From assembly GCA_027048495.1 (NCBI GenBank), contig JALTWS010000016.1:1-61719 (forward strand): a stretch of DNA of 61,719 bases, read 5' to 3'. Of the stretch, positions 36,038-44,242 are shown piece by piece (positions within the stretch are counted from its first letter, which is position 1; each line of letters begins with the position of its first letter). Position numbers and translations under genes: made by a program. The stretch comes from Candidatus Azambacteria bacterium (lineage in GTDB: Bacteria; Patescibacteriota; Minisyncoccia; GWC2-36-17; M10-OD1-4). The notes below the pieces were generated by a model, which ran no database searches, had not been told where the DNA came from, and saw only the letters and a list, made by a program, of their open reading frames with translations.

Positions 36038-37336
36038 TTAATTTTTTAAGTATTCTTCTATTTTTTCTGCCAGAGTTTTGAAAGTTTGTTCAAATCTTTT
36101 TTGATTTGTTTCAAGTAGAGTTACTCTGAAGCCTTCAAGGCTACAGTTAAAACCGGAAAGCGGAACTACGCAAATGCCGGAAGACGCCATTAAATAATAT
36201 ACAAATCTTTTGTCTTTTGGAACTTTTTTGGTTTTCTTTTCTATAAATTTTTGTATTTTTTTTGATTTTATTTTTAAGCTCTGTTTGTTGTTTAAAACGC
36301 CGGGTTTAAAAACTACCGTCATATAAAAAGCTCCGCTTGGTTTGTTAACAATTATTTCTGGAATGTCTTTTAAAATGTTGTAAGCAAATTCTGCCCTTTT
36401 TTTGAATTTTTCGTTTCTTTGTTTGTGGTATTTTCTGTATTTTGGATTTCTCATAATTTCCGGTAAAACTTTTTGCGGAAGAGTTGTGGAGCAAACTTCA
36501 AGCATCTTTGAGTCCACTACTGTTTTTATGTATCTTGAAAACTGAGGGTCTTTATCTTTGTTATAAACCTCTATCCAGCCACATCTTGCTCCGGGCCATG
36601 GGAACTCTTTTGATATTCCCCGCATTGATATTCCGCAAACATCACCTATCACCTCTGAAAGTCTTACAGGTCTTACTCCGTTGTGCCAGATATTTGTATA
36701 TATTTCATCGCAAATTACAAAAAGGTCAAATTCTTTTGCTATTTTTATAAATTCTTGCATTATTTCTCTATCATATACCACCCCGGTTGGATTGTCAGGA
36801 TTTATTATTAAAATTCCAGCTATGTTTGGATTGTATTTTACTTTATTTCTTAAATCTTCAAAGTCAGGAAGCCAATTATTTTCTGGATCCAAGTTATAAG
36901 TTATATGCTCTGAGCCCGCATGCGCTGCCTCTGCTGAGGAGTGGGTTGAATACGCCGGAGAAGGGCCGATAACTCTTGCTGAGCGGTTAAGGTATGTATA
37001 AATTTTTGATATTGCATCTCCCAAGCCGTTGAAAAATATAACATCTTCTTTTGTAATGCGTGCTCCTTTAAATTGATTTCTTAAATTTGCTATAAACTCT
37101 CTTGTTTTTTCCACTCCTTTTGTTGGACAATACCCAAAAGAAGAATCTTCATTTACCGCTTTTTTTACGATATTTTTTATCCAAGCAGGTATTTTTTCAT
37201 CTTTTGCCACTGGGTCTCCGATATTTTCCCAAACAATATTAACTCCCATTTTTTCAATTTCATGGGCTATGTCTATTATCTCTCTTATTTCATAGGTAAG
37301 CTCGTCAGCTCCCGGATGAACTATATTTTTTCGCAT
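36038..37336 (-). CDS. class I/II PLP-dependent aminotransferase (alanine aminotransferase-like)
   Basis: SKEFPWPGARCGW (PLP-Lys region), NPDNPTG and a fold-type I layout. ATG 37336 is preferred over TTG 37348. Confidence 0.85.
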   Translation of the reverse strand: MRKNIVHPGADELTYEIREIIDIAHEIEKMGVNIVWENIGDPVAKDEKIPAWIKNIVKKAVNEDSSFGYCPTKGVEKTREFIANLRNQFKGARITKEDVIFFNGLGDAISKIYTYLNRSARVIGPSPAYSTHSSAEAAHAGSEHITYNLDPENNWLPDFEDLRNKVKYNPNIAGILIINPDNPTGVVYDREIMQEFIKIAKEFDLFVICDEIYTNIWHNGVRPVRLSEVIGDVCGISMRGISKEFPWPGARCGWIEVYNKDKDPQFSRYIKTVVDSKMLEVCSTTLPQKVLPEIMRNPKYRKYHKQRNEKFKKRAEFAYNILKDIPEIIVNKPSGAFYMTVVFKPGVLNNKQSLKIKSKKIQKFIEKKTKKVPKDKRFVYYLMASSGICVVPLSGFNCSLEGFRVTLLETNQKRFEQTFKTLAEKIEEYLKN

Positions 37337-37381
37337 TTTTAAATTCAAAAGAAGGTTGTAAAACCTTCTTTTGTTTGTTAG

Positions 37382-37582
37382 TTAATTTGAACAACATCCT
37401 CCGCCACAGCATCCTTCTTCTTCAATTTTTGCATGAGAGCCGTCGCAAAGGTGATTTTTATCTTTTGTTTTACCGCAACTACATAAAGCTAAAATATCAT
37501 TTTCATCTTCTGTATTTACTAAAAGATGCGGACTCTTTCCGTCTCCATATTTTTTTATTTTGTATGTTTTGTCTTCTGACAT
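37382..37582 (-). CDS. CDGSH-type iron-sulfur domain protein with Cys-rich tail
   Basis: CSCGKTKDKNHLCDGSH (C-x-C-x9-CDGSH) and a C-terminal GCCGGGCCSN. The protein is 66 aa. Confidence 0.75.
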   Translation of the reverse strand: MSEDKTYKIKKYGDGKSPHLLVNTEDENDILALCSCGKTKDKNHLCDGSHAKIEEEGCCGGGCCSN

Positions 37583-37659
37583 ATTTTTAAAATTAATTTA
37601 TTATAAATTGATATTACTATAATATAATTATATTTTCAATATAAAAAGTTATTAAATAA

Positions 37660-37806
37660 AAAACCCAATAAATAGAAATTTTTACCTCTGAGAAGGCTTT
37701 TTGGCTTGGTCTCCTGTTTTAACAGGAGCAAAAAGCCTTTGAAGCAGTGAGCGAAGCCGCTGGAAGTGGAGCGAAACGGGGTTAAAATTTCTATTTATTG
37801 GGTTTT
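37660..37806. repeat. 27-bp imperfect inverted repeat enclosing a GC-rich structured core, between alaS and the CDGSH gene
   Basis: AAAACCCAATAAATAGAAATTTTTACC (37660-37686) pairs with GGTTAAAATTTCTATTTATTGGGTTTT (37780-37806) with 1 mismatch. The inner hairpin is AAGGCTTTTT..CTCCTG-TTTTAA-CAGGAG..AAAAAGCCTT. GAAGCAGTGAGCGAAGCC and GAAGTGGAGCGAA form a direct repeat. Confidence 0.9.
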
Positions 37807-37845
37807 GTGTAATTTTTTGTTACGTAACATGCTACGTAACAAAAG

Positions 37846-39720
37846 TTATTCCAAAACAGCCTTTATTCTTCTTACTCCCGCAGAAGAAGAACTTTCTTTT
37901 TTTATTTTAAACTTCCCCATTTGGCTAGTGTTTTTTACATGAGGACCTCCGCATATTTCTTTTGAAAAATCTCCAATTGAGTAAACTTTAAGTTTTTTTA
38001 TCCCTTGGTATTTGTCTTTGAAAAATCCCAGCGCGCCAGATTTTTCTGCGTCTTTAAGTGACATCTCCTCGCATTTTACTTCAAGCCCCTTTTGTATCTG
38101 TCTGTTTACCAAATCTTCAATTTTTTGTTTTTGCTCTTCTGTAAGTTTTTCTGGATGAGAAAAGTCAAACCTTAATCTTTCTGCTGTTATGTCAGAACCT
38201 TTTTGCTGAACATGCTTGCCTAAAACTTCACGAAGCGCTTGGTGCAAAAGATGAGTTGCAGTGTGCAGAGCCGTTACTTTTTTAAGTTCTTCTTCATCTG
38301 CCGCTTTAAGCTCGCCGGTTTGCAAAAGCAGTCCGTGTCCTCCAAATTTTTTCTCAGCCCCTTTTTTTGAAACCTCCCTGTGTTTTTCAAATTTTTCTTC
38401 TGCCACTTTTCTAACCTGATATTTGTCAAATTGCCAGCCCATGTTATTAAGCTCTTCTATTGTGTCATCAATCGGAAAACCGTAGCTTTCGTACATATAA
38501 AAAGCAAGCTCTCCAAACTCTTTTTCTGTTAAGTTTTCCGCATCAATTGTCTGTGCTCCCATTTTTTTACCCCAATTTTTAAGATATTTTAATCCGTTTG
38601 AAAGCGCTTTTGAGAATTTTTCTTCTTCTTTTTCAATTTCTGTTAGTATTTGGTTTTGTTTTTTGGCAAGTTCAGGATATGCTGTCTCATATATTTGAAT
38701 TACCTTTTTAACCAAAGGAACATAAAAGTCTTTTTTGGTGTTTAGCATTTTTGCATGCCTTATTGCCCGTCTTATTAATCTTCTTAGAACATAGCCTTGC
38801 TCTTTGTTTGATGGATATATGCCATCAGAAATCAAAAAGCAAGAAGCTTTTATATGGTCTGCTATTATTCTGTAAGAGTGTTTTTGATATACATACTCTA
38901 CACTTGAAATTTTTTGAAGCTCTTCTATTGCAGGATAAAATACATCTGTTTCAAAAACTGTTTCTTTTTTTTGAAGTACCATCGCCATTCTTTCAAGTCC
39001 CATTCCGGTATCTACATTTTTTTGCTTAAGTGGCTTGTATTCTCCTTTTTCTGTTTTTTCATATTCCATAAAAACATTATTCCAAATCTCAACATATTTT
39101 CCGCAATCACAGTTTACATGACATTTTTCTCCAAATTTTTTGTCGTGCTCCTTTCCAGTATCATAAAATATTTCTGTATCAGGCCCGCAAGGCCCTGAAT
39201 TGCCTACCGGTCCCCACCAGTTTTTTTCTTTTGGATACGCATAAATCCTGTTTCCCAAACTCGCATCTATTCCAACATTTTTGAAAGCATCAATCCAAAT
39301 ATCTATTGACTCTTGATCTTTTGGAGCGTCTTTGTCTCCTTCAAATACTGTTACATATATATTTTTAGGATCTAACCCAAACTCATTTACTAAAAGTTCC
39401 AAACTCCAGTTTATTGCTTCTTTTTTAAAGTAATCTCCCAAAGACCAGTTTCCAAGCATTTCAAAAAAAGTTAAGTGCCTGTTGTCTCCAACTTCTAAAA
39501 TATCATCTGTTCTTAGGCATTTTTGTGAACTGGCAAGGCGTTTTCCCTCCGGATGAGGTTCTCCCAAAAGATGCGGAACTAAAGGTTGCATTCCGGCTGT
39601 TATAAAAAGCACTGTTTTGTCGTTTGGCAACAAAGAAGCAGAAGGCAATATTTTATGCCCTCTTTGCTCAAAAAATTTTAAATATTTTTCTCGTATTTGA
39701 TTTGTGGTTAGATTTTTCAT
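37846..39720 (-). CDS. alaS: alanyl-tRNA synthetase (no C-Ala domain)
   Basis: Class II AlaRS core, an editing domain with HTATHLLH and CGGPHV, ending at 624 aa right after the editing domain. Confidence 0.95.
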   Translation of the reverse strand: MKNLTTNQIREKYLKFFEQRGHKILPSASLLPNDKTVLFITAGMQPLVPHLLGEPHPEGKRLASSQKCLRTDDILEVGDNRHLTFFEMLGNWSLGDYFKKEAINWSLELLVNEFGLDPKNIYVTVFEGDKDAPKDQESIDIWIDAFKNVGIDASLGNRIYAYPKEKNWWGPVGNSGPCGPDTEIFYDTGKEHDKKFGEKCHVNCDCGKYVEIWNNVFMEYEKTEKGEYKPLKQKNVDTGMGLERMAMVLQKKETVFETDVFYPAIEELQKISSVEYVYQKHSYRIIADHIKASCFLISDGIYPSNKEQGYVLRRLIRRAIRHAKMLNTKKDFYVPLVKKVIQIYETAYPELAKKQNQILTEIEKEEEKFSKALSNGLKYLKNWGKKMGAQTIDAENLTEKEFGELAFYMYESYGFPIDDTIEELNNMGWQFDKYQVRKVAEEKFEKHREVSKKGAEKKFGGHGLLLQTGELKAADEEELKKVTALHTATHLLHQALREVLGKHVQQKGSDITAERLRFDFSHPEKLTEEQKQKIEDLVNRQIQKGLEVKCEEMSLKDAEKSGALGFFKDKYQGIKKLKVYSIGDFSKEICGGPHVKNTSQMGKFKIKKESSSSAGVRRIKAVLE

Positions 39721-39732
39721 AAAAAAAAGATA

Positions 39733-40173
39733 CTATATAATTTTTAATTTTTCAAACCAGTATTTCCAAACAGGCTCCAAGTCTAGTTTTGCTATCTGCT
39801 CTTTTGTATACCAGCCAATTGATTTTGCTTCTTTTTCATACAAACGAACATCTCCAGACACAAAACACTCAAACAAACTCCAATAGTGTCCGGAAACTCC
39901 CATTGAACATTTGTTCCATAAAACTGGCTCTTCAAATATAAGTCTCCATCTTTCAACTTTAAGTCCGGTCTCTTCTTTTACCTCTCTTTTTAATGCTTGC
40001 ACGGCATTTTCTCCCTCGTCAATATGCCCTGCCGGCCCCGCGTATCCGAAAGGATAATTTACCCTATCCAAAAGCAGATAGCGATGCCCCATTTTTATTA
40101 CAGCGCCAACAGAATAATGCATTAGCGCTCCGTCTGTTGATCTTCCTTCTTTTGGTCTTGGTTTTTTTGGCAT
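39733..40173 (-). CDS. Nudix hydrolase
   Basis: GHIDEGENAVQALKREVKEETGL is a Nudix box. ATG 40173 is preferred to TTG 40188. Confidence 0.88.
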   Translation of the reverse strand: MPKKPRPKEGRSTDGALMHYSVGAVIKMGHRYLLLDRVNYPFGYAGPAGHIDEGENAVQALKREVKEETGLKVERWRLIFEEPVLWNKCSMGVSGHYWSLFECFVSGDVRLYEKEAKSIGWYTKEQIAKLDLEPVWKYWFEKLKII

Positions 40174-40249
40174 AAAATTTAAGCTCAAACAAAGATCTTT
40201 ATACTATTATATCACTTTAAAAAAGTTTGTCATTTTATGTATTCTTGCT

Positions 40250-40292
40250 AAAAACTATGCCAAAATTTAAAAGCTTTTAAATTTTGGCATAG
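40250..40292 (-). terminator. intrinsic terminator after mnmA (long perfect palindrome)
   Basis: CTATGCCAAAATTTAAAAGCTTTTAAATTTTGGCATAG (40255-40292) is followed on the minus strand by TTTTT. Confidence 0.7.
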
Positions 40293-40307
40293 GGAGTTGC
40301 TTGAAAA

Positions 40308-41393
40308 TTAAATTATTATGGCTCCTCCTAAAACTATATCATTATCATAAAAGACAACGGATTGTCCCGGAGCCACTGCTCTTTGAGGATTTTTAAATTC
40401 TACAAAAAGAGTGTTTTTGTCTTCTTCTTTCACAACACATTCAGAAAGAGGCTGTCTGTATCTTATCCTTGCTTGGCATTTTAACGGAAATTTTGGCTGT
40501 TTGCTAGACACCCAATGCGCTTGTTTTGCAAAAAGGGTTGTTTTGTATAGGCTTTTGTCTTTGTCGCCTTCTGCAACATACAAAATATTGTTTTTTGCAT
40601 CTTTTTCTGTCACATAATAAGCAACTCCTCCGCCGGGAGAGCCAATGCCATGCCTTTGACCTATCGTGTAGAACTCAACCCCTTGATGCTCACCCACCAC
40701 TTTGCCATTTTTTGTCATTATCTTTCCTTTGTGAGTTTTAATTTGCGATTTTAAAAATTCAAAAACATCCATTTCTCCAACAAAACAAATTCCTTGGCTG
40801 TCTTTTTTCTTTGCATTGCCAAAGCCTGCTTTTTCTGCCAGTTCTCTTATTTTTGGCTTCTCATATTCGCCTATTGGAAAAATTGTTTTTGAAAGCTCGT
40901 GTTGTCCCAAGGTGTATAAAAAATAAGACTGGTCTTTGTTTTTGTCTTTTGCCGCAAGCAAAAAAAATTCACTTCCCTGTTTTTTTATGCGAGCGTAATG
41001 ACCTGTTGCTATATAATCTGCGCCCAAAGAGATTGCTTTTTCTAAAAAAAGCTTAAATTTTATCTCTTTGTTGCACATTATATCCGGATTTGGTGTAATA
41101 CCGTTTTTGTATCCTTCTATCATATATTCTACCACTTTTTTTTTGTATTCTTTTTCAAAATTAAAAGTCAAAAATGGTATATGAAGCTGAGACGCAACTC
41201 TCATCGCATCTTTTTTGTCTTGTTCCCATGGGCACATATTTTTATCTTTCAAAAAAGAAGAGTCCGACCAGTTTTTCATAAAAACCCCTGTAACATCATA
41301 ACCTTCTTTTTTTAAAAGCAAGGCGGCAACAGAAGAGTCAACTCCTCCTGACATAGCAACAAATATTTTTTTGTTTTTATTTTTTGTGTTCAT
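40308..41393 (-). CDS. mnmA: tRNA-specific 2-thiouridylase
   Basis: VAMSGGVDSSVAA PP-loop and a 361-aa MnmA layout (ATGHYAR, GICFVG). Confidence 0.95.
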   Translation of the reverse strand: MNTKNKNKKIFVAMSGGVDSSVAALLLKKEGYDVTGVFMKNWSDSSFLKDKNMCPWEQDKKDAMRVASQLHIPFLTFNFEKEYKKKVVEYMIEGYKNGITPNPDIMCNKEIKFKLFLEKAISLGADYIATGHYARIKKQGSEFFLLAAKDKNKDQSYFLYTLGQHELSKTIFPIGEYEKPKIRELAEKAGFGNAKKKDSQGICFVGEMDVFEFLKSQIKTHKGKIMTKNGKVVGEHQGVEFYTIGQRHGIGSPGGGVAYYVTEKDAKNNILYVAEGDKDKSLYKTTLFAKQAHWVSSKQPKFPLKCQARIRYRQPLSECVVKEEDKNTLFVEFKNPQRAVAPGQSVVFYDNDIVLGGAIII

Positions 41394-41461
41394 TTAAATT
41401 TAAAAATACAATTAATATACAGTATCAAATCCAATATTTCTTATTCAAAGAATTATGTTTG

Positions 41462-42496
41462 TTACTTTTTTGCCGCAAGCTGTCCGCAGGCGGCAGATAT
41501 TTCTTCTCCGAAGCTTACTCTGAAAGTTACAGAAACGCCTTCTTTTTTTAATGCATCAAAAAACATCTCTCTTTGTTTTCTTTTTGAAGATTTATATACT
41601 CCTGTGTCATGATATTTTATCAAATTAACATGGTATAGTTTGTTTTTCATTAACTTTGCAAGCTCTTTTGCATATTCTATGCTGTCATTTACTCCTTCTA
41701 TCAAAAGGTATTCAAACATAACTTTCCTATTTGTTTTTTTAATATAATACTCAACAGCTTCAAAAAGCTTTTTTAAATTATAGGCTTTGTTTATTGGCAT
41801 TATTTTGCTTCTTATTTTGTCGTTTGGAGCATGCAAAGAAATAGCCAAGTTTACTTGTGTCTGCTCATCTGCAAATTTTTTAATTGCCGGCACTATTCCG
41901 CAAGTTGATATGGAAATATGCCTGACCCCCAAATTAAACCCGTCTTTGTTATTTAAGATTCTTACCGCTTCCATAACATTATCATAGTTATGAAACGGCT
42001 CGCCCATCCCCATAAAAACAACATTATTAAGCTTTTCTCCTTCTTTTTTTAAAAATTTAGCAAAAAACAATACCTGATCTACTATCTCTTCTGCAGTTAA
42101 GTTTCTTTTAAGTCCTAGTTTTCCTGTTGCGCAAAATGTGCATGCCATTGGGCATCCAGCTTGTGAGGAAATGCAAACTGTATTTCTTCCCTTGCCGTTT
42201 TTTGGGTCTTTTAATTTAACGCTTGGTATATGACGCATCAAAACAGCTTCAATAGAATGTCCATCTTTGGTCTTAAAAAGGGTTTTGACAGTGTTTTTTG
42301 AGCTTTTTTGGCTTACTTTTTTTAAAGAGAAAATTTCTACTTTTTCTTTTAGCAAATCTCTTAATTTTTCCGGCAAATCAGTTGCCTCATCCCAAGAGTC
42401 TATAAGCCTGCAAAAAACAGATTTTTCAATCTGCTTTTTTCTGAAGTCCGAATACCCTTCTTTTTTTAAAAGTTTTGATAATTTTTGCAAATTCAT
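41462..42496 (-). CDS. rlmN: 23S rRNA/tRNA adenine-C2 methyltransferase (radical SAM)
   Basis: SSQAGCPMACTFCATG, GMGEP and a C-terminal ACGQL. Confidence 0.93.
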   Translation of the reverse strand: MNLQKLSKLLKKEGYSDFRKKQIEKSVFCRLIDSWDEATDLPEKLRDLLKEKVEIFSLKKVSQKSSKNTVKTLFKTKDGHSIEAVLMRHIPSVKLKDPKNGKGRNTVCISSQAGCPMACTFCATGKLGLKRNLTAEEIVDQVLFFAKFLKKEGEKLNNVVFMGMGEPFHNYDNVMEAVRILNNKDGFNLGVRHISISTCGIVPAIKKFADEQTQVNLAISLHAPNDKIRSKIMPINKAYNLKKLFEAVEYYIKKTNRKVMFEYLLIEGVNDSIEYAKELAKLMKNKLYHVNLIKYHDTGVYKSSKRKQREMFFDALKKEGVSVTFRVSFGEEISAACGQLAAKK

Positions 42497-42540
42497 AAAA
42501 AATATAATTATATATTTTTATTAAATTGTCAATGTTCACA

Positions 42541-42576
42541 TCCTAGGGATAACCCTAGGATTATCCCTAGGGTTGC
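42541..42576. repeat. three CCTAGG palindromes at exact 12-bp spacing
   Basis: TCCTAGGGATAA / CCCTAGGATTAT / CCCTAGGGTTGC, with CCTAGG at 42542, 42554 and 42566. It lies between the corA stop and the rlmN start. Confidence 0.85.
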
Positions 42577-42590
42577 TTCTGAGAATTTAT

Positions 42591-43505
42591 TTAGATAACT
42601 TTTTTCTTTTTTAGATAAAAAGCAAAAGCAAGCCACAAAAAAATTATTAGCAAAATTATATACAAAAATGCATTGTCACTGTCTTGAAACGGCAGTTTTA
42701 TATTCATTCCGTATATGCTTGAAATTGCCGCAATTCCGCTTAAAAACACAGTAAGGACAGTAAGAACTGTAATTAACCGGTTAAGTTTTGATGTTAAAAG
42801 AATCATATTGTAATTTCTGATATTGGAAATATTTTTTAACGATGTTTGGCAGATATTTTGTCCTTCTTCGGTATCTATTATAAGCTCCTCTAAAATATCC
42901 TTATCTTTTTCGTGAAATCCCATGTGATGTATAATCCTGTTGTACATAAAATTTGTATAGCTATAAGCAGAAACAAAGCTGTTTAGCATATACTCATGTT
43001 TTATCATTTCATTTATGTCTTTTTCCTTTAATTCTTTACTTAAGTTTCCCTTTACTTCAATGCTTTTGACTATTTCTAAAGTTTTTTGCTCAAGCAAATT
43101 ATTGTTTAAGCTTAAAATGTGCAAAAGAAATTTCATTTTTTGAGTTGTAAATATTTCTGGTATATTGTTATTAAAAATATCAGAAAAAAATGCTGGTTCT
43201 TTTTGGGAAAAGGTTACTACAAATTTTTTGGTTATTATTATCAAAAAAGTAAAAGTCCCCCTTTGCAGGTCATCTGTTGGGACTTTAATATATATATAAG
43301 AGTCATGTTCTATAAAATCCGCTCTTGGTATCTCATGCGGATCAAGTCCGGAAAGCAGGTTATCTTTATCTAAATTAAGGTTTTTTACAAGAAAATTTAT
43401 TTCTTTTTTTGTTGGAGAGACAACATTAACCCAACATCCAACTTCAAGATTTGGAGTTTTTAGTATCTTTTGGTCTTTTACTGTTTTTTTATAAAATTCT
43501 ATCAT
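42591..43505 (-). CDS. corA: CorA-family magnesium/cobalt transporter
   Basis: 304 aa with two C-terminal TM segments and the YGMN motif (IYGMNIKLPF). Confidence 0.88.
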   Translation of the reverse strand: MIEFYKKTVKDQKILKTPNLEVGCWVNVVSPTKKEINFLVKNLNLDKDNLLSGLDPHEIPRADFIEHDSYIYIKVPTDDLQRGTFTFLIIITKKFVVTFSQKEPAFFSDIFNNNIPEIFTTQKMKFLLHILSLNNNLLEQKTLEIVKSIEVKGNLSKELKEKDINEMIKHEYMLNSFVSAYSYTNFMYNRIIHHMGFHEKDKDILEELIIDTEEGQNICQTSLKNISNIRNYNMILLTSKLNRLITVLTVLTVFLSGIAAISSIYGMNIKLPFQDSDNAFLYIILLIIFLWLAFAFYLKKKKVI

Positions 43506-43978
43506 TTGTTTTCCCAGTTTTTAGATCCGCCTTTAAGATGCAAAACATTAGAGTATCCTAACATAACCATTTTTGTTGTGGCAATTTTGCTCATTTTTCC
43601 ATCTGTTGAATAAATAACTATTTTGACATTTTTGTTTTCTGGGAGACGATTTTTGTTTCTTACTACTTCTGTGTATGGCAAAAAAATATCAGTTTTTGGT
43701 ATTACTGATTTATCTTTTACGCTGTCATCATCAACATTTATTAAAATAAAATTTTGGACATCTTTATTTTTGATAAGCTCTTTGAGCTCATCTTTAGTAA
43801 TGTTCTGATAAATAACTTCCTGCGATATATCTTCATAGGGCTTGTTTTGCCCTTCGTTTAATATGTTTTTTCCCTCAAAATACAAAGAAAGCATCAAAAT
43901 TGCCAAAATAGCAATCAAAGCAAAAAATCCTTTTTTTAAATTTTGTTTTGTTGTTTGTTCCATACTATAAACCAACAA
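43502..43978 (-). CDS. membrane-anchored rhodanese-homology domain protein (active-site Cys replaced)
   Basis: N-terminal TM segment. VIYSTDGKMS occupies the position of the usual (V/I)YCxxGxRS loop, and the domain ends with GG..NW. It overlaps corA by 4 nt. Confidence 0.65.
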   Translation of the reverse strand: MLVYSMEQTTKQNLKKGFFALIAILAILMLSLYFEGKNILNEGQNKPYEDISQEVIYQNITKDELKELIKNKDVQNFILINVDDDSVKDKSVIPKTDIFLPYTEVVRNKNRLPENKNVKIVIYSTDGKMSKIATTKMVMLGYSNVLHLKGGSKNWENK

Positions 43979-44017
43979 ACAAAGCCCAATTTTTTCTGGG
44001 CTTTGTTTTTTAATAAG

Positions 44018-44164
44018 CTACATTCCGCAAGTGTGTTCTTCCATTGAGTCCGGATCACTGCAGGCTTTGCACTCTGAGCTTTCCTGCTGTTGAGAATTGC
44101 ACTCAGGACAGTCCGGACCTGTACATTCATGGTCCTTTGTCATATTTGGATCTTCAAAGTCCAT
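44018..44164 (-). CDS. small acidic Cys-rich hypothetical peptide (48 aa, not in ORF track)
   Basis: MDFEDPNMTKDHECTGPDCPECNSQQQESSECKACSDPDSMEEHTCGM. It is visibly GC-richer than its flanks, has a hairpin (43981-44004) downstream, and lacks a clear SD. Confidence 0.45.
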   Translation of the reverse strand: MDFEDPNMTKDHECTGPDCPECNSQQQESSECKACSDPDSMEEHTCGM

Positions 44165-44242
44165 AATGTTTTACTTAATTATTATATTTTAAGTATATAA
44201 AAAATATTGCTCAGAAGCAAAGATATATCCACAATTTAAAAT

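Noticed and set aside
43936-44130. 64-aa minus-strand ORF from the track
   Set aside because: It overlaps the rhodanese-like gene start and has an implausible composition. A different frame in the same GC-rich island (44018..44164) gives a Cys-patterned peptide with a better-defined end.
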